Under the pieces are notes generated by a model. It was given only the letters and a program-made list of their open reading frames with translations, did not search any database and had not been told where the DNA came from. Source: Gnetum montanum (Eukaryota > Plantae > Gnetophyta). Taken from it: a stretch of 64,000 nucleotides of DNA. Shown here in pieces: positions 50,631 through 64,000 of this stretch. Both the position numbers and the translations under genes were made by a program. The stretch spans positions 432,932 through 496,931 of the forward strand of contig MNCI01002112.1 of the NCBI GenBank assembly GCA_015680685.1, read 5' to 3'. The first letter of the stretch is position 1. Each line of letters opens with the position of its first letter.

Positions 50631-53600
50631 TGTTGGCACATTTGGCCATTTCATGGAAAAATTGGACTATTTTATCAAAAATTGGAACATCTTGGTGTTG
50701 GTACATTTTGCCCATTTAATGGAGTAGGATTTATGATTGAAAAGGGATTTCATTTATCGTTTGTTCTATATTGATTTAAGAGAGAGATGATCTACCCATC
50801 CAAACATTTTTACACTGAATTTTTAAAAACAATGTATGGATGGAAATTTAGAAGTAAACATGTAGCTTTAAGGTTATGGGTTGATGGGTGTTTTGGAGAA
50901 GTAAGCATAATGTTAAACATAGATGGGATAGAGGAGCCTACAGTTGCACTTGTTATTTGGGGAATGGGAGGTATCGGTAAGAGCACTTTGGCTATTGCCT
51001 CTATTAAGAGCCTGGAGAACAAACTCTCACAAAAATACAACTTTTCCAAAATCAAGTTTGACAACACTGTAAAACAAGCAAATAATTCCCATATTGCTAA
51101 GTTGCAAAAACAAATTCTTCATTATTTGTTTCTAGGAAAAATAGAGGAATTTTTGTTTAGCGGAAGGCATGATGTTGAGGATGATTATTACATCCTCTGT
51201 ACAGGAAATCGAAGATGAAGTTCCAGACTATTGTGAAAAAATTTAAAATTCATCAAAGATACCATCTCCATGACTGATTATCAAAGCATTTACTGGAAAC
51301 AAAAGTGATGGGCCCTATCATCGAAGAATTCAGAGAAGCATTTGTGGATGAGATGAACATGTTGAGGGAGGTAGCACACTTATGCTGCGGGATTCATTTG
51401 CTGCTAACTATGATTGGAGACCAGCTACGTAAAAACAAACACTCCAATACTTATGATGAGTTTATTCAAAAAGTAAAAATTGGAAATGTTAATTTCAAAA
51501 TTGTTGAGCATGAGAAAATGCGCTAAAATAGAGGTGTCTTCACCGATAAATTCACATTTCCTTTCCTAGCCAAGGCATGCGCCATGCTCTGAGACTTGCA
51601 CCAGGGCCAGAATGTGTATCTTCATGGCAGAAGAGCTTAGCTTGATTCCAACTTGGTTTTTGCGAACTCGTTCATTTTCATGTTCAAAAAATGCTACCGC
51701 CCAAACCTTGTGAGAAAGGTGTTCGAGAAAATGCCTGACAAATCCCTAGTTTCATGGAACTCTATGGTTGCGGCTTACGTTAAAAATGGATACTTGGATA
51801 AGGCTTTCAAAATTTTGGAAGTTATGCAAGATGCCAGGGTTTGCCCTGATAGGGTCACTATTTTGAGTTTGCTCAGTGGATGCAGTGAATTTGGGGATAG
51901 GAAGGTAGGGTTTGTGCATGACTGGGCTGTAGAACACGATTTGGATTCGAATGTTGCCGTGGGCAACGCGTGGGAGAATTGGGGACGACAGTCTGTTCAT
52001 GCCCTGATTTTGAAAAAGGGCTTTGATGTAGATACTATTCTTAGAATAGCTTTGATTAATATGTATTTCAAATGCAAGGATATGTTTGAAGTTATGAAAT
52101 TGCTTCCAGAGAAGATTTTGCAATGATGAACCTGCAAACAACCTTACCAAAAATAGCAGCAGTGCCCGACGCCAATGCATTCGTCTTCACCATTACCAAT
52201 CCATCTAGTGTGGTCACAAAGACATGAAGTCATAGAAAGATAGGTGTACAACTGAATCAGCAGAACCTGGAGATGTTTTAGCCGATGTCGATACCTCAGG
52301 GTTATAGTTTATTCAGAAGAAACCATCATCGCTGAAGAAAAATACAAAACCTGAATGCACAGAATTAAAGTCACAAAATAAAATTACAATTTCATAGGGT
52401 CCAATGGCTAAATATAATTTCAGAAAATTTCCTTACAGGAAAAAATTGTATGAATCACTTATTAAAGACCTAGCATTAATTTAATTATCTCAAATGAATT
52501 ACTAAGGCTTTATACAAGGTAGGTGATTAAAATCCTAAATAAAATATGACAATTGTATGAAGCTCTTAGGAGATCTTGGATTTATTTTTAGGTTATTTCT
52601 TATAAAAGAAATATTTTCACATGCCAATGTTAGCATGATTTTCTCCTATTTTTATGTATAAGTTACAACTTCCTAACTTGTTGGGCAAGTAATATCTCCT
52701 AACTTGTTAGGCAAGTTATAACTTCCTTTCTTGGGAGATAAGTTACCTAAGATATTTTAAATTTCTAACTACCTTTTGAACCCTATAAAAAGGTTTCATG
52801 GGTGAGAAAAAGAGAGGGGACACTACTTGCTCTCATTGAGAGATCACACACTTTGGGGTCTCACACTCGGGGTCTTGGAGGAAGATTGTAAAGAAGACAT
52901 TGTGAAAAATTACTTGTAAGATGACTTGTTAAAGACAACATTTCAGCCTCTTTGTCATAGTCTTGTGAGTTATGCTTATTATTTTTTATTTTGTTTAAAT
53001 TTTTTAGCTAGTGGTTTAGATAGTATCATGCTTGGCAAGTAATTTTGGGATTTTTAGATTGCTCTTATTGTTCTTGTTGCACAATAGAAAATTTCTATTA
53101 AAGAAAATCTTTGGTAGAGCTTGTGTCTGAAAGCCTTAAGAGCATTTTAGTAGTGAATTTTATTATTTTCCAATGTATAAGAACCACTATTGAGATTGTT
53201 GTAAGAGATCCTTTGCATATAATCAAGCCGTTGAACGATTCAATAGTCAAGAGGGTTCAGAAAATCTTTGGTATTTTGATAGGACCAGAATAGCTTCCTT
53301 TATCTTTAAAGTGAATCTTTTTGGTATTTCAATCAAAAATTATCAATTCTTTTGAAGGTTCTGTTGAATGCACTTGTTGACATCCATTATCTAGCCAAAN
53401 NNNNNNNNNNNNNNNNNNNNNNNNNNNNNNNNNNNNNNNNNNNNNNNNNNNNNNNNNNNNNNNNNNNNNNNNNNNNNNNNNNNNNNNNNNNNNNNNNNNN
53501 NNNNNNNNNNNNNNNNNNNNNNNNNNNNNNNNNNNNNNNNNNNNNNNNNNNNNNNNNNNNNNNNNNNNNNNNNNNNNNNNNNNNNNNNNNNNNNNNNNNN

Positions 53601-53803
53601 NNNNNNNNNNNNNNNNNNNNNNNNNNNNNNNNNNNNNNTTCAATTTTCACAATAGCACACTACAACAACACACACAAATACTCATATTAACTACTAAGTC
53701 TATTTGAAGGTATCTGGGCCTTGGTGTTGCCAAAAGACTAGCAAGCACCTAAATCCTATTCGAGGACACTCGTTGGCAATTGCGTCCCAAATGGTCGCCA
53801 ACA
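50631..53803 (+). repeat. 3' LTR
   Basis: Starts TGTTGGCACATTTGGCC after the PPT. Ends GGTCGCCAACA before the TSD. Confidence 0.93.
50787..52126 (+). pseudogene. Second copy of NB-ARC + PPR cargo (3' LTR U3)
   Basis: ORFs 50787, 51305 and 51653 parallel 41050, 41567 and 41858. Confidence 0.9.
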
Positions 53804-54849
53804 TTAATATGAATAAATTAAATTGCCAATTTAGATCTAAATGTAGAAAAATAGAGAATAAATTTGTACTTAAGAAAATGAGACTACTAAATTTTTATTA
53901 CGACAATGAACTTCCTCACATAAATAGAGTCTATATGGTACAAATTTTTGAATTTCAATGCACAGAAAGCAAAAGCAAGAATGCTTTGGATTCAATCGAG
54001 TTGGTAGGATGTGTCCTATAGTTAGCTCTACTCTTGATGGTCCCATATTTTCTACACCTTAAACTTGTCACTAGTTTCTCTATCACTGGATTTTCATTTT
54101 GTGTGGAAGATTGGTTGTGGACTCTTGCTAAAATGCACTACTTTGAAATTCTTGGTGTCCAACTTGAATGCAAATTGTCAGAATTCCTTTCAATATGATC
54201 AAATTTGGTTTAAATAGGCCATATTGTGATTGATTCATTGCTGCAAATCTTTTCCATGATTGCTAATAGATTGCTAAAATTTCTAGTGTATGTAGGGAAT
54301 CTCTTGGCATTTTATTTATCAAATTTGGAAATATTATGCTTTTTTACACTAGCTTCATCTACTTTCCAGCATAAAAATTCAAGGCCTAGAATAAAAATTC
54401 AACACCCAAATTTATACATTGGATTTGTAGGTTTTCTAGCATAAAAATTCAAGGCCTACATAAAGCCAAAAAGCACAAATTTTCTACACTACCCTTGTAG
54501 GTTGCTTCAGTGTAAAAGCTACCATAGCTACCATATAATCCTAGAAGTTCCCAAATTTGGTAGTTTACAAGAAATTTTTAACTTTCCCAATCCTAGATAC
54601 ATGAAAACTATAGTTTTTCCTACCTAGAAGATGAGGCATTCACAACTTATGAAGCATTTTTCTTAGCCTTCATAAGCTAAGATGTGTGAGATTGTAGCTA
54701 CTGAGTTGAAAATTTCATATTTTACAATAAAAATACTACCTCAAATTCTAGTGGCTAAGGTTACAATGCTAGATCTTGCCTAAAATAAGGCAATTGTGTT
54801 TGACATTATTCTTCCCCAAATTACAAATAATTTTGATTATAGGTTTCAA

Positions 54850-57420
54850 CATGAATTTTCTTTGTGGTGTTTGAATTATGATTTCATCATATTCTTTCTT
54901 CATTACTTTCTTCCAACCTTGGGATTTTAGTACCACTTGAACATTGGTAGACTCATGAAGAAGGGCTAAATATTCCTTAGCATGATGCCTTATGATCTTG
55001 TAAATCATCTTTCAAATTTCTAATCAAAAATCAAATTTTTGGAATGGTTGCTTTCCACCCATAGCTTTATAGAAAATTTTGATTTTTCTTCATCAACTTC
55101 TTTGAATATATCAAGACCAAATATTTCTTCATAAAAAATGACATTTCTTATGGATCATAACATTTGTATCCACTTGTTTTGGAATCATAGCTTTGAAAAA
55201 TGACTTTCTTTCTCTATCATCTAGGTTATCTAGTGATTCATTGGCTATTTTAACATAAAAAATACATCCAAAAACTTTCATGTGAGACATGTTTGAAAAT
55301 TTACCATAAAATAGCTAATAAGGTGACTTCTCTTTCCTTGATGTGGTGATAAGCATATTTAGGATATAGGCTAAAACATGCAAATCTTTACTCCGAAACT
55401 AATGTTAAATTGAAGCATTCTTAAGGAGGAATCTTGAAATCTTTTCAATTACTCCATTTTTTCTTTTAATAATATCATTACTTTGTGGTGAATATCCATA
55501 AGTTATTTTCTCTTCAATTCCATGATTAATGTAAAATTCCTCAAATTCTTAAATGAAAAATTCACCTTCTCTATCTAATCTTATTATCTTATTCTCTATC
55601 AAGCATTTGAAATTCAAAAATATGCCAAAATTTTCATCTTTGAAATGTAAAGAATATGTATAAACATACCTACTATAATCATTAACAATAACAAAGAAAT
55701 ATTTTCTCCCTCCTTGAGCTAGAGTAGATATTGGACTTGGCAAATTCATATGGAGAAGCTCCAGAGGTCTTTTCTTCCTTTGGATTTGAGCATTATGAGG
55801 TAAGGCTATTTTCTTTCTTTGAGGCATATCTTACATACTTATGGTCTTCTATACATTTAACTTTAATAGTTATATAATTATTGATTAACTTCTCAATGTT
55901 GAAGTAGGACGCATGACCTAGCCTCCAATGCCATAATGGTGAGAGAAATGCATGAGAAGAATTTTATTGAAAAATCTAAGTATTTAAAAATTTAGCATCT
56001 TTTTGAGATTTTTCTTTCAACAATAAATGTGATTGTCCTATCTCTTTAGTTTTTCAATAGTAAAATGACCATTTGAAATAGTGCAAATATCATAATGAAA
56101 AACCACTTTATTTTCTATACTAATAATTTGATCAACTAATAATAAGGAACTTAATAATTGAGAAACATAGTAAACATCATGCACATTGATTTTGTGATCA
56201 TTTGAAAGTATAAGCCTTATATTGCCAATTCTTTCTATATTTACACTTGCACGATGTTCCATCTTAAAGCTTCCAAGAGTATTATTTGGAGTGTAACTAG
56301 TAAAATTATTTCAAAATAAAGTGATATGATTTGAACAACCACTATCTTTAATCCATGTAAGAGGAATAACATTTTTGATCATTTGGTGTGTAGCAAAATA
56401 AGAATTTAGATCCTTAAATTTTGATTGATCTTGTGATTTTTCAAAGTTTCTTTGAGGTTGAGAAAAGTCTTCACTTGATTTGAAGAATCATTTAGAGAGT
56501 AGAAAGGGAACATACCTTTCACTAGCATTTATCTTCATAATGTCCTTTCTTCTTGCACTATTTGTATCATAAAATATTTGATGATGATGCTTCATGTTGA
56601 TTCCATGAAGTGAAGTTAAATCTTCCTTCTCTTTAATCTTTTTTTTCTCTAAGATTACTTCTTACTCTTAAATTTTTAGATATAGAATTTAGATTTTGAT
56701 GTGAATATTAACCTCTTTCATCTTTGAAATTTGGACTTTTGCCTCTACCTCCATTAAATCTTCCTCTTCCTCTAATATTTCTTGGGAAATATACTTGTTC
56801 ATTTTAGCTTTGATTATCTTGTCATTTTAGATCCTCCAAACTTCTAACTTGTGTTAAGAATTCATCAATTATAATATTATGTAAGTCTTTATTTTGAACA
56901 ATATTCATCACATATCATATTTGAACCTTCCATCATTATATAGCACTTGAATTGTTTTATCTAACTTTTACATTTTATTATACTGATATTCATATTCATC
57001 TAGATTTTGTATGCAAGCATACATTTTATCAAAGAATTTCTTAATATTTTCACCTCAATTAAGATCTAAATTCTTCTCTATATCTTAATATCTTAATTTG
57101 AATGTTTGTAATAAAGGCTCCTTCATACTCTTGATGTAGCACATACCATGTTTCTTTAGCATTTGGCTTTTCTATGATTCTTGAACTAATAGCTTTTGAA
57201 ACTAATGTGCAAATAATCATCTTTGCTAATGCACTATTCCTTATATCTTCTTGAAGCTTTCTTTTTTTCTCTCTATTCAAAGCATTTAGATTTGTAAATT
57301 CTTAGCATGCATGATCCACAATGTCTCAGCATTCATTGATTTGAAATAAAGTCTTTATATGGTTCCTCCAATAGGTGAAGTCTTAGCTTCCATTGAAGAT
57401 TATATTTTACTTTGGAATAT
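54850..57420 (-). mobile_element. Degenerate Ty1/copia gag-protease-integrase, truncated before RT
   Basis: Gag NAKETW..L..EYEG; knuckle CKKKGHYEDKC ~56530; WIKDSGCSNH; LWHWRLGH; PLELLHMNL..P...GGRKYFFVIVNDYSRY. Confidence 0.88.
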
Positions 57421-58339
57421 TGATGAGTGGCGAGGTACCCCTATGCTCAACCATACGAATACAAGTGTTACGTGCAATCCGATCGAACTCCAAGGACTAA
57501 GTGCTTATGCACCTTCATAGAACAAGGATGGGTTAGGCGATCATTGTCTTCCCAAACTTACTCATATGGAATGATTGCATGGTTAAGTAAACTTGAGGTA
57601 TATGATTTTTATGCTTTTTATGCCACATTCATGAATTAGCAAGGGTAGATAAGACATAATGCTATTGATACCTTGCCTCGATATGAAGCACATTGGCTAG
57701 GTTGTGGGTATGGCAGATATTGGGTTAGAGGTTTATCACTGGTGACTACCCAAGGTGTAGGGGTGAGATAAGTAATGGAATGGAAAAAATTTCTGACATG
57801 GCCCCCATGACTAAGAGCAAACCTTTAGTAGCAATAGGGTGAAAAACTTAAAGAATACGAAAGATGAGAGAAATAACAATAGTGAAGCCATGAAAACAAA
57901 AGCAAAAATGGATGTCATTGATGGGGTGAACGAGAAATAGTCGATTGCAAGAAATATTTAAGGGAAAGAGCTTAACAATTGCACCAAAAAAGAATGCCAA
58001 TGAGTTCTTCCCAAAGTAGGCTAATGCCCTTTATGACCTAACATACCCACAAACCAAAGAGTCCATAGCCTCTAGGAATGACATATGGAAACAATGGTTA
58101 AGTACTTACCCACAAGAATTTACCAAAGAATAACAATGCATCAACCAAGATATAGATTAATCATAAAAATGGCAATGAGGTGGAATATGGAAGGTAATAT
58201 GGAAAGAGAGGAGAGAATAGAATGGGATCCCAAAATCATGGTTGTATAAAGTCCCTTGTGTAGTATGTGATTAAGGTGACTTAATAAAATTTGGCCCAAA
58301 TCTAGATTAAAACTAACCACATCCAGTGACCTTGCATCA
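57421..58339 (-). repeat. 3' LTR of an Athila-like gypsy element
   Basis: Minus strand TGATG (58339) ... CATCA (57421). Homologous to 1-272. The inner boundary is less certain. Confidence 0.7.
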
Positions 58340-61300
58340 ACACACTTGACCAATTCATCCCTTGTGATCTCCCTATTGGTGACTTTGGCTTGACCATTGG
58401 CTTGAAGATGATATGGTGTAGTCAGCTTATGTTCAACTCCTAAGCATTGCATTAGCTTTCGAAAACTCACACCTGTAAAATATGTACCATTGTCAGAAAT
58501 AAGTGCAGGAGGCACACCAAACCTATTTACAATTTATTGTTGAACAAATCGTGTAGCAATAGATGATGTATAGTCCATAACAGTGGATGCTTCTACCCAC
58601 TTTGTAAAATAATCAATAGCAACAATGATATATGCTTTTCCATCGGACATCAGTGTAATAGGTCCCATAAAATCAATACCCCATATGTTGAAGGGTTATA
58701 AAGATTGAATCCATTATTGTGGATCCTTCATTCTAGTAGTAATTCCCCCATCATGTTGATAGCACTCAAAAGATTGGATGAAATGGTGAGCATCTCAGAA
58801 CAATGTAGGCTAATAATATCTTGTGAGTAATATTTTAATGGTTGTTCATCTCCTAGAGTAATGACCCCCACAAGGGCCCTCATGAGCATCTTGGAGAACT
58901 CACAATTGATCTACATCAGGAACACACCATCGAACTAAGCCATCAAGACATACCTTATAAAGGTGTCTATTGATTTCCATGAAATATTTAGCCCGATGAA
59001 GAAACTATTGTTTCTTTTTAACATCTAACACTTGTGGTGTTTCTTGTGTAAGCAGATAAGTGAGAATGCTACTATACCAATTTGTAGTAGTGGGTAAGTG
59101 ATTGTTTATCACACCCGCAAAGAGGATTTCATCATGGAAACAATCAGAAATTGGATATTCATGCTCTTTGTTGTCCCATCGTAACTAAGATAAATGATCA
59201 GCGAAAACATTCTTGGTGCCTTTATAATCGATCATCATAAGATCGAACTCTTGCAAGATCATGAGACATCGTATGATGCGAGGGTTCACCATTGGTTTAT
59301 TCATTATGAACTATATTGCACTATGATTCATATGTACAAATATCTTATAGCCTAATACATAGTGACTAAATTTTTCTAGTGCAAACACCACAACCATTAA
59401 TTCTTTTTCTATTATAGTGTAGCTGAGTTGTGCACCAACAATACTTTGACTTGCATAATTAATGTAATAGGGGAATTTTTGATCATCTAATAGTGTAAGT
59501 ATAGCTCCTAAGGCAAAGTTGGATGCATCAGTCATTATGTGGAATGGTCTAGACCAATCAGGAGCTTATAGAATTGGTGTTTCTACAAGCTTCTATTTCA
59601 AGGTTTGGAAGGCTAACTCACATTCCCTGGTCCATTCAAAGGGTATGTCCTTTTTTGTTAGTTCTACCAAAGGTTCTGTAATCTTTGAAAAGTTCTCAAT
59701 GAAGCATTTATAATAGCTATTATGTCCAAGGAATGATCAGATATCTTTTATAGTTTCAGGTTGACGAGTGATTCCTTGGATGATTTTAATCTTTTCATGA
59801 TCTACCTCTTTCCCTATTTGTGAAATATTGTGCCCTAATACAATGCCTTATTGAACCATTAAATGGATTTTTTTCCAATTGAGCCTTAAGTTGGTTTCAA
59901 CACATTGTTTTAGTAGTTGCTCTAATTGGTCCAATGCTTGTTCGAATTCCACTCCATAAGTGGAGAAATTGTCCATAAATACCTCCACATCATTCCGTAT
60001 TTGCTGCTGAAATATACTTAGAACCAAACATTGAAATGTTGTTGGGGCATTGCACAAGCCAAACAACATCTATCTATATGTGAATGTTCCCGAAGGACTC
60101 ATGAATGTAGTCTTGGCTTGGTCTTTTGATGCTATTTGAATCTAATTGTATCCACTATAACCATCTAGAAAACTATAGTAGCAATGCCCTGCAATGGTAT
60201 CTAAGACTTGGTCAACGAATGGCAATGGGAAGTCGTCCTTGAATGTTGCCATATTTAACAGCCTAAAGTCTATACACACCCTCCCTTTACCTCCTTTTTT
60301 AGGCACAATGACTAATGGACTAACCCATTCACTATTAGCAATGGGGTAGATGAACCTAGCTTTTATAAGTTATTCAACTTCTTCCTTAACCAGTTTCTTA
60401 AGCTTTAGTTTTAGTCACCTTTGTGGTTGTCGTCGAGGTTTCATGGAGGGGTCAGTGTAAATTCTATGTTGGCATATCCTAGGATCTACTCTAGTTAATT
60501 TAGGATATGACCAAGAAAACACTTTGAACCATTTCTTTACCATTTTTAGTAGTATTTCTTTTTGTTGAGGAGTGAGCTTACCATTTATGCTTATCGATTT
60601 TCCATTCTTGAGAAATGTGTACTCCATACTAGTGGGCAACTATTTTAACTCAAGGGCCTCTTTCTTGAAATCGTCAAGGATTTCCAACTTCCCCTAATTG
60701 ATATTTTCAATGTTAGGACTTGGAAGTTGGCAATGGACTTGCTCTAATGTATCTATGCTATCGATATAGGCACAAGTCAAGCTTTCAGTTGATTCTATGC
60801 ATAGAGTTGAATCACTCTCTTGGTCAACTATCAACCACTGGGTGGCTTCCTATCTTATGGCTACTACATATAGGCATCTTTGTATGTTAGTTATTTGTGC
60901 ACACTAGTTGCATGTAGGCAATGTTAAACATTGTATGAACTAAGACTTCTACACACAATTACAACCTGTGTCACTGTATGTGATGCATGGAACTTTCTTC
61001 TTCTTGATCTTTCTAAACATATTTTTCTTTGATATTTCTAGGGAAATATCATGTATTCCTAGGCACACATCAATTATGCTTAGCCAAGCTCTTCCCATAA
61101 TGATTGGAAAGTCCCCCTTGTAGTTGTTGACTTGAATCACTAGGAAATCGGCTAGATACAACCACTCACAAGTAGTGGTGATAATATCTTCCACTAGTCC
61201 TAATGGAACACTGATAGACTGGTTGGCTAACTCTGAATGAGTGTTACTCTTTCTTAGTGGAGGCAGGTTCCAGTATTTGTACATTTCATGAGAGATTAAG

Positions 61301-64000
61301 TTAACACCAGAACCTAAATCAAAAATAGCTTTGCAAGGCTCATTTCTTGTGATTTGTAAATAAATAAGAGGTTTTCCAAGATCAGAGAATTTCCTAGGAA
61401 GATAGCCAACTTTAATCCAACTAGTAATGACATGAGTGAACATGACCATGTGCATTGAGTGTGGTCTTTGGTTCAAAGGAAGCTTCGAAGATTTGAATAA
61501 TGGTAAGGCCTTTGGAGAATTAGTTGCTTGTGGTTGTAAGGACTTGGTTGAACTATTGGTTCTAAAGAAAGATCTCTTTTTTGTGTGGTTGTCTAAACCA
61601 ACAGTGGGATGAGGGTTGATAGCCCTTGTAACGTTACATTGCTGCAGCTAGGTAGGGAGCTCACCCTGCATAGTTAGAGCAAGTGGTAATGGAGCTAAGG
61701 GTGGAAGAGGTGTGGCCAAATAATAATGATAGTACATTTTTGGAACATATCCCCTAGGAGAAGGAGTTCTATAGTACTCATGGGTTTGGTAGTGAGGTTG
61801 AGGAGTGACGTGACTAGTGGAGTCATGTAAAGAGATCGACTGCTGCACATAGTATCCATATGGGTCAGGTTGACAGTAAGGGTATTGTTGACATGGTGGT
61901 GGCATTTCCCATGATTGTGGATGTTGCCACTATTGATACTGTTCATTTGGTTGTGGTGGAGCTCCACTCAGATAATACGTCAAGGGTTGGTGGAACTACC
62001 TTGGGTTACCTTGAGGATAAGGTAACCTTTGGGGTGTTTGCTATTTGTTTAATTGTAGGTTTAGTGCATACACCCTAGAATCTTATAGATGTGACACTAC
62101 TGGGTAACATCACTTAGGATGGTCATATTGGCATGTCTCACATTTTCTATCATTATCTATGTTTGAATCCATAACCTCTTCAATTATGACAACTTTGCCC
62201 TTATCCTTGTTACGTGCATATTTAGCTTCTCTCTTTTTCCTTCTCTCCTGATCACTACTTTGCTCTCTAAACTTCTCTACTATTTTTAGAATGGTTTAAA
62301 ATTTATAATCTAGGGAGTTCCACATTTGATCTACCTTTTTTGATACTTCTGATGCAAATTTCTAAATGGACAATGTTTTCCTATTCACCATCTCTTCAAG
62401 TAACGACTCTTCATCTTCACAAAATCTAACTTCCTTCTTTTGGAGGGAAGGATCTCTATTGTATTCCTCTATACTTTCTCTTTTCCTTAACTCACCTTTT
62501 TCTTTGGAAACTTTCTCCAATAATCTTTGTACTTGATGGGCTTTAAGCTTGGATAGTCTCCCTTGGGCATAAGTCCCAAAGGTTCTTCACATTTTGTACA
62601 TAACCCCATCTACGAGATGGCGTACTTGTTTCCTTTTCAAGTAACCATAGCCAAGGCAATGATGTAATAGTGCATACTATTGGCCCATAAAAGCATCCAA
62701 GGGCTCATGTTTTCCTTGTTTCCATCCTTGGATTTGCTTATGTAGGTTGCACACTTGGGAGTATGTTTGATACTTATCAATGAATAGCCCTAACATGGGA
62801 CTCCATCAATGAATGGATTCTAGTTCTAAAGACTAGTACCAGCTTTCCACTTCCTTAATCAATGTCCACAGAAATAACTTTAGTTTTTGCCATCCATTTT
62901 CCATACTTTGCAAGGCACGTGCATCATAAAACACTTGTAGATGATTTTGAGGATTAGCGTTGTATCTCTCTTCAAATCATGGGATATTGTTCATGTCTAA
63001 TCTTTTGATCCTACTATCCTTTTGGTGCCTTGTTGAAATCCTAATAGCCTCAGTTATATCTAGCATACTTTGGCTAGTGAGTAGGGGTTCATTGTGATCA
63101 TATTCTCTATGGCATCTATGATTCCTATGTTGTTCCCTATTCTTCCATGTTTCATGATGTGTTTCTCTAGAATGCCCTCGTCCCCTTTCTTGATTATTTC
63201 ATCTATAATCTCTATTTCGCTTACCATTTTCCTCATGGTCTTTCTCTTTACAACTACATCTAGATCCCGAAGGAGAGGGGGAAGGAGATGATGAAGGTGG
63301 AGAAGGAGGATTGGCACCATGACGGTGCTTATCACTTTCTCTTTGGTGGTCTCGACCTTGGTCATTTTTACGATTGTAATGTCCATCAATGTCACGTGTT
63401 TGTGTTTCTTTTTTGGACCCTTTGTGTTTGTTGGTATCAGAACCTAGGTTATGAATAGCTGAGTGAAGGTTCTAGTACAAAATGCCTTGACCGAAGTCAA
63501 CAAGAGGAACATCATTTTGTGAGAAACCTCTTGAGGCAGGTTCACCACCCTCATTTTCACTTAGGACATATGGGACATCCTGAGGCCACTTCGCCTTCAT
63601 AAATTTATAATGTCTCTCTTGTTGTAGGTCACTTTGGCATTATGCCTCCATAGATTGATACTCTCTTGAGTCATGTTCATGCACAACGTACTCTACCTAT
63701 AAGTGCTACATACCAATTCATGTGAGAGCATGAAGAAGCATGCTTGGAACTGAGCGATCAAGAGATAACACTATGTTACCTTTTAAACCATGCCAATGCA
63801 GTTTTTCATCTTAGTGGAGGATACAAGTAAATTTTGGTATATACTCATTGGGATGAGCGTATGCCACACGAAACTGTTGGGGCACTGGTGGGTCATCATG
63901 TGTACTACGCCTGTGATTGTTCAATGTGTCAGACCTAGGTAGTAAAGCACTCTCATAAGAAGAAGGAGATATGATTAATTATTTAGTGTGCAATACTCTT
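57421..64000 (-). mobile_element. Degenerate Athila-like (non-chromovirus) Ty3/gypsy element inserted in the copia gag
   Basis: Gag ~62600-62950; protease FDLGSGVNL; RT VCIDFR.LN..T.KDDFPLPF.DQ, FGLCNAPTTFQ; RNase H TDASNFALGAIL; integrase GPCGGH, WGIDFMGP, ANGQA.V.NREI. Confidence 0.9.

Larger units (their letters stand above)
40894..53803 (+). mobile_element. Full-length Tat-clade Ty3/gypsy retrotransposon (gag-[PR in gap]-aRH-RT-RH-INT) with ~3.3-kb LTRs
   Basis: TSD TTAAT (40889-40893, 53804-53808). Termini TGTT(A/G)GC...GCCAACA. PBS TGGCACTAGAAGAAGGG 44244-44260. PPT AAGGGGGCAAAAA 50618-50630. Confidence 0.95.

Noticed and set aside
41050-52126. Tandemly duplicated functional NLR and PPR host genes
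   Set aside because: Both copies are fragments (no kinase-2, TIR/CC or LRR; PPR internally deleted) and lie within paired LTRs.

Overview
Draft-assembly window (six N-gaps) of AT-rich, CpG/CHG-depleted plant nuclear DNA made almost entirely of nested, decayed retroelements. No intact host gene is visible. A Tat element with its extra RNase H between gag and RT suggests a non-angiosperm vascular plant, probably a gymnosperm (inference). Main contents: (1) two related but diverged endogenous caulimovirids. EVE1 (2817-8163, +) has a terminal direct repeat, a tRNA-Met PBS inside its ORF and an apparent 6-bp TSD. EVE2 (35093-39691, -) is flanked by a 327-bp duplication of host DNA. Both have a polyprotein ending in the same unrecognised ~170-aa domain fused in frame after RNase H. 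(2) A complete 12.9-kb Tat LTR retrotransposon (40894-53803, TSD TTAAT). Its ~3.3-kb LTRs carry captured NLR (NB-ARC) and PLS-PPR gene pieces in U3, including a miR482/2118-type P-loop site. A sister LTR at 27577 has different sequence at that position. (3) Remnants of SIRE-like copia, chromovirus-like gypsy, Ogre/Tat-like gag-protease, Athila-like gypsy and another copia, plus two copies of an unidentified intron-containing TE gene. Coordinates inside degenerate elements are approximate. All alignments and counts were done by eye.
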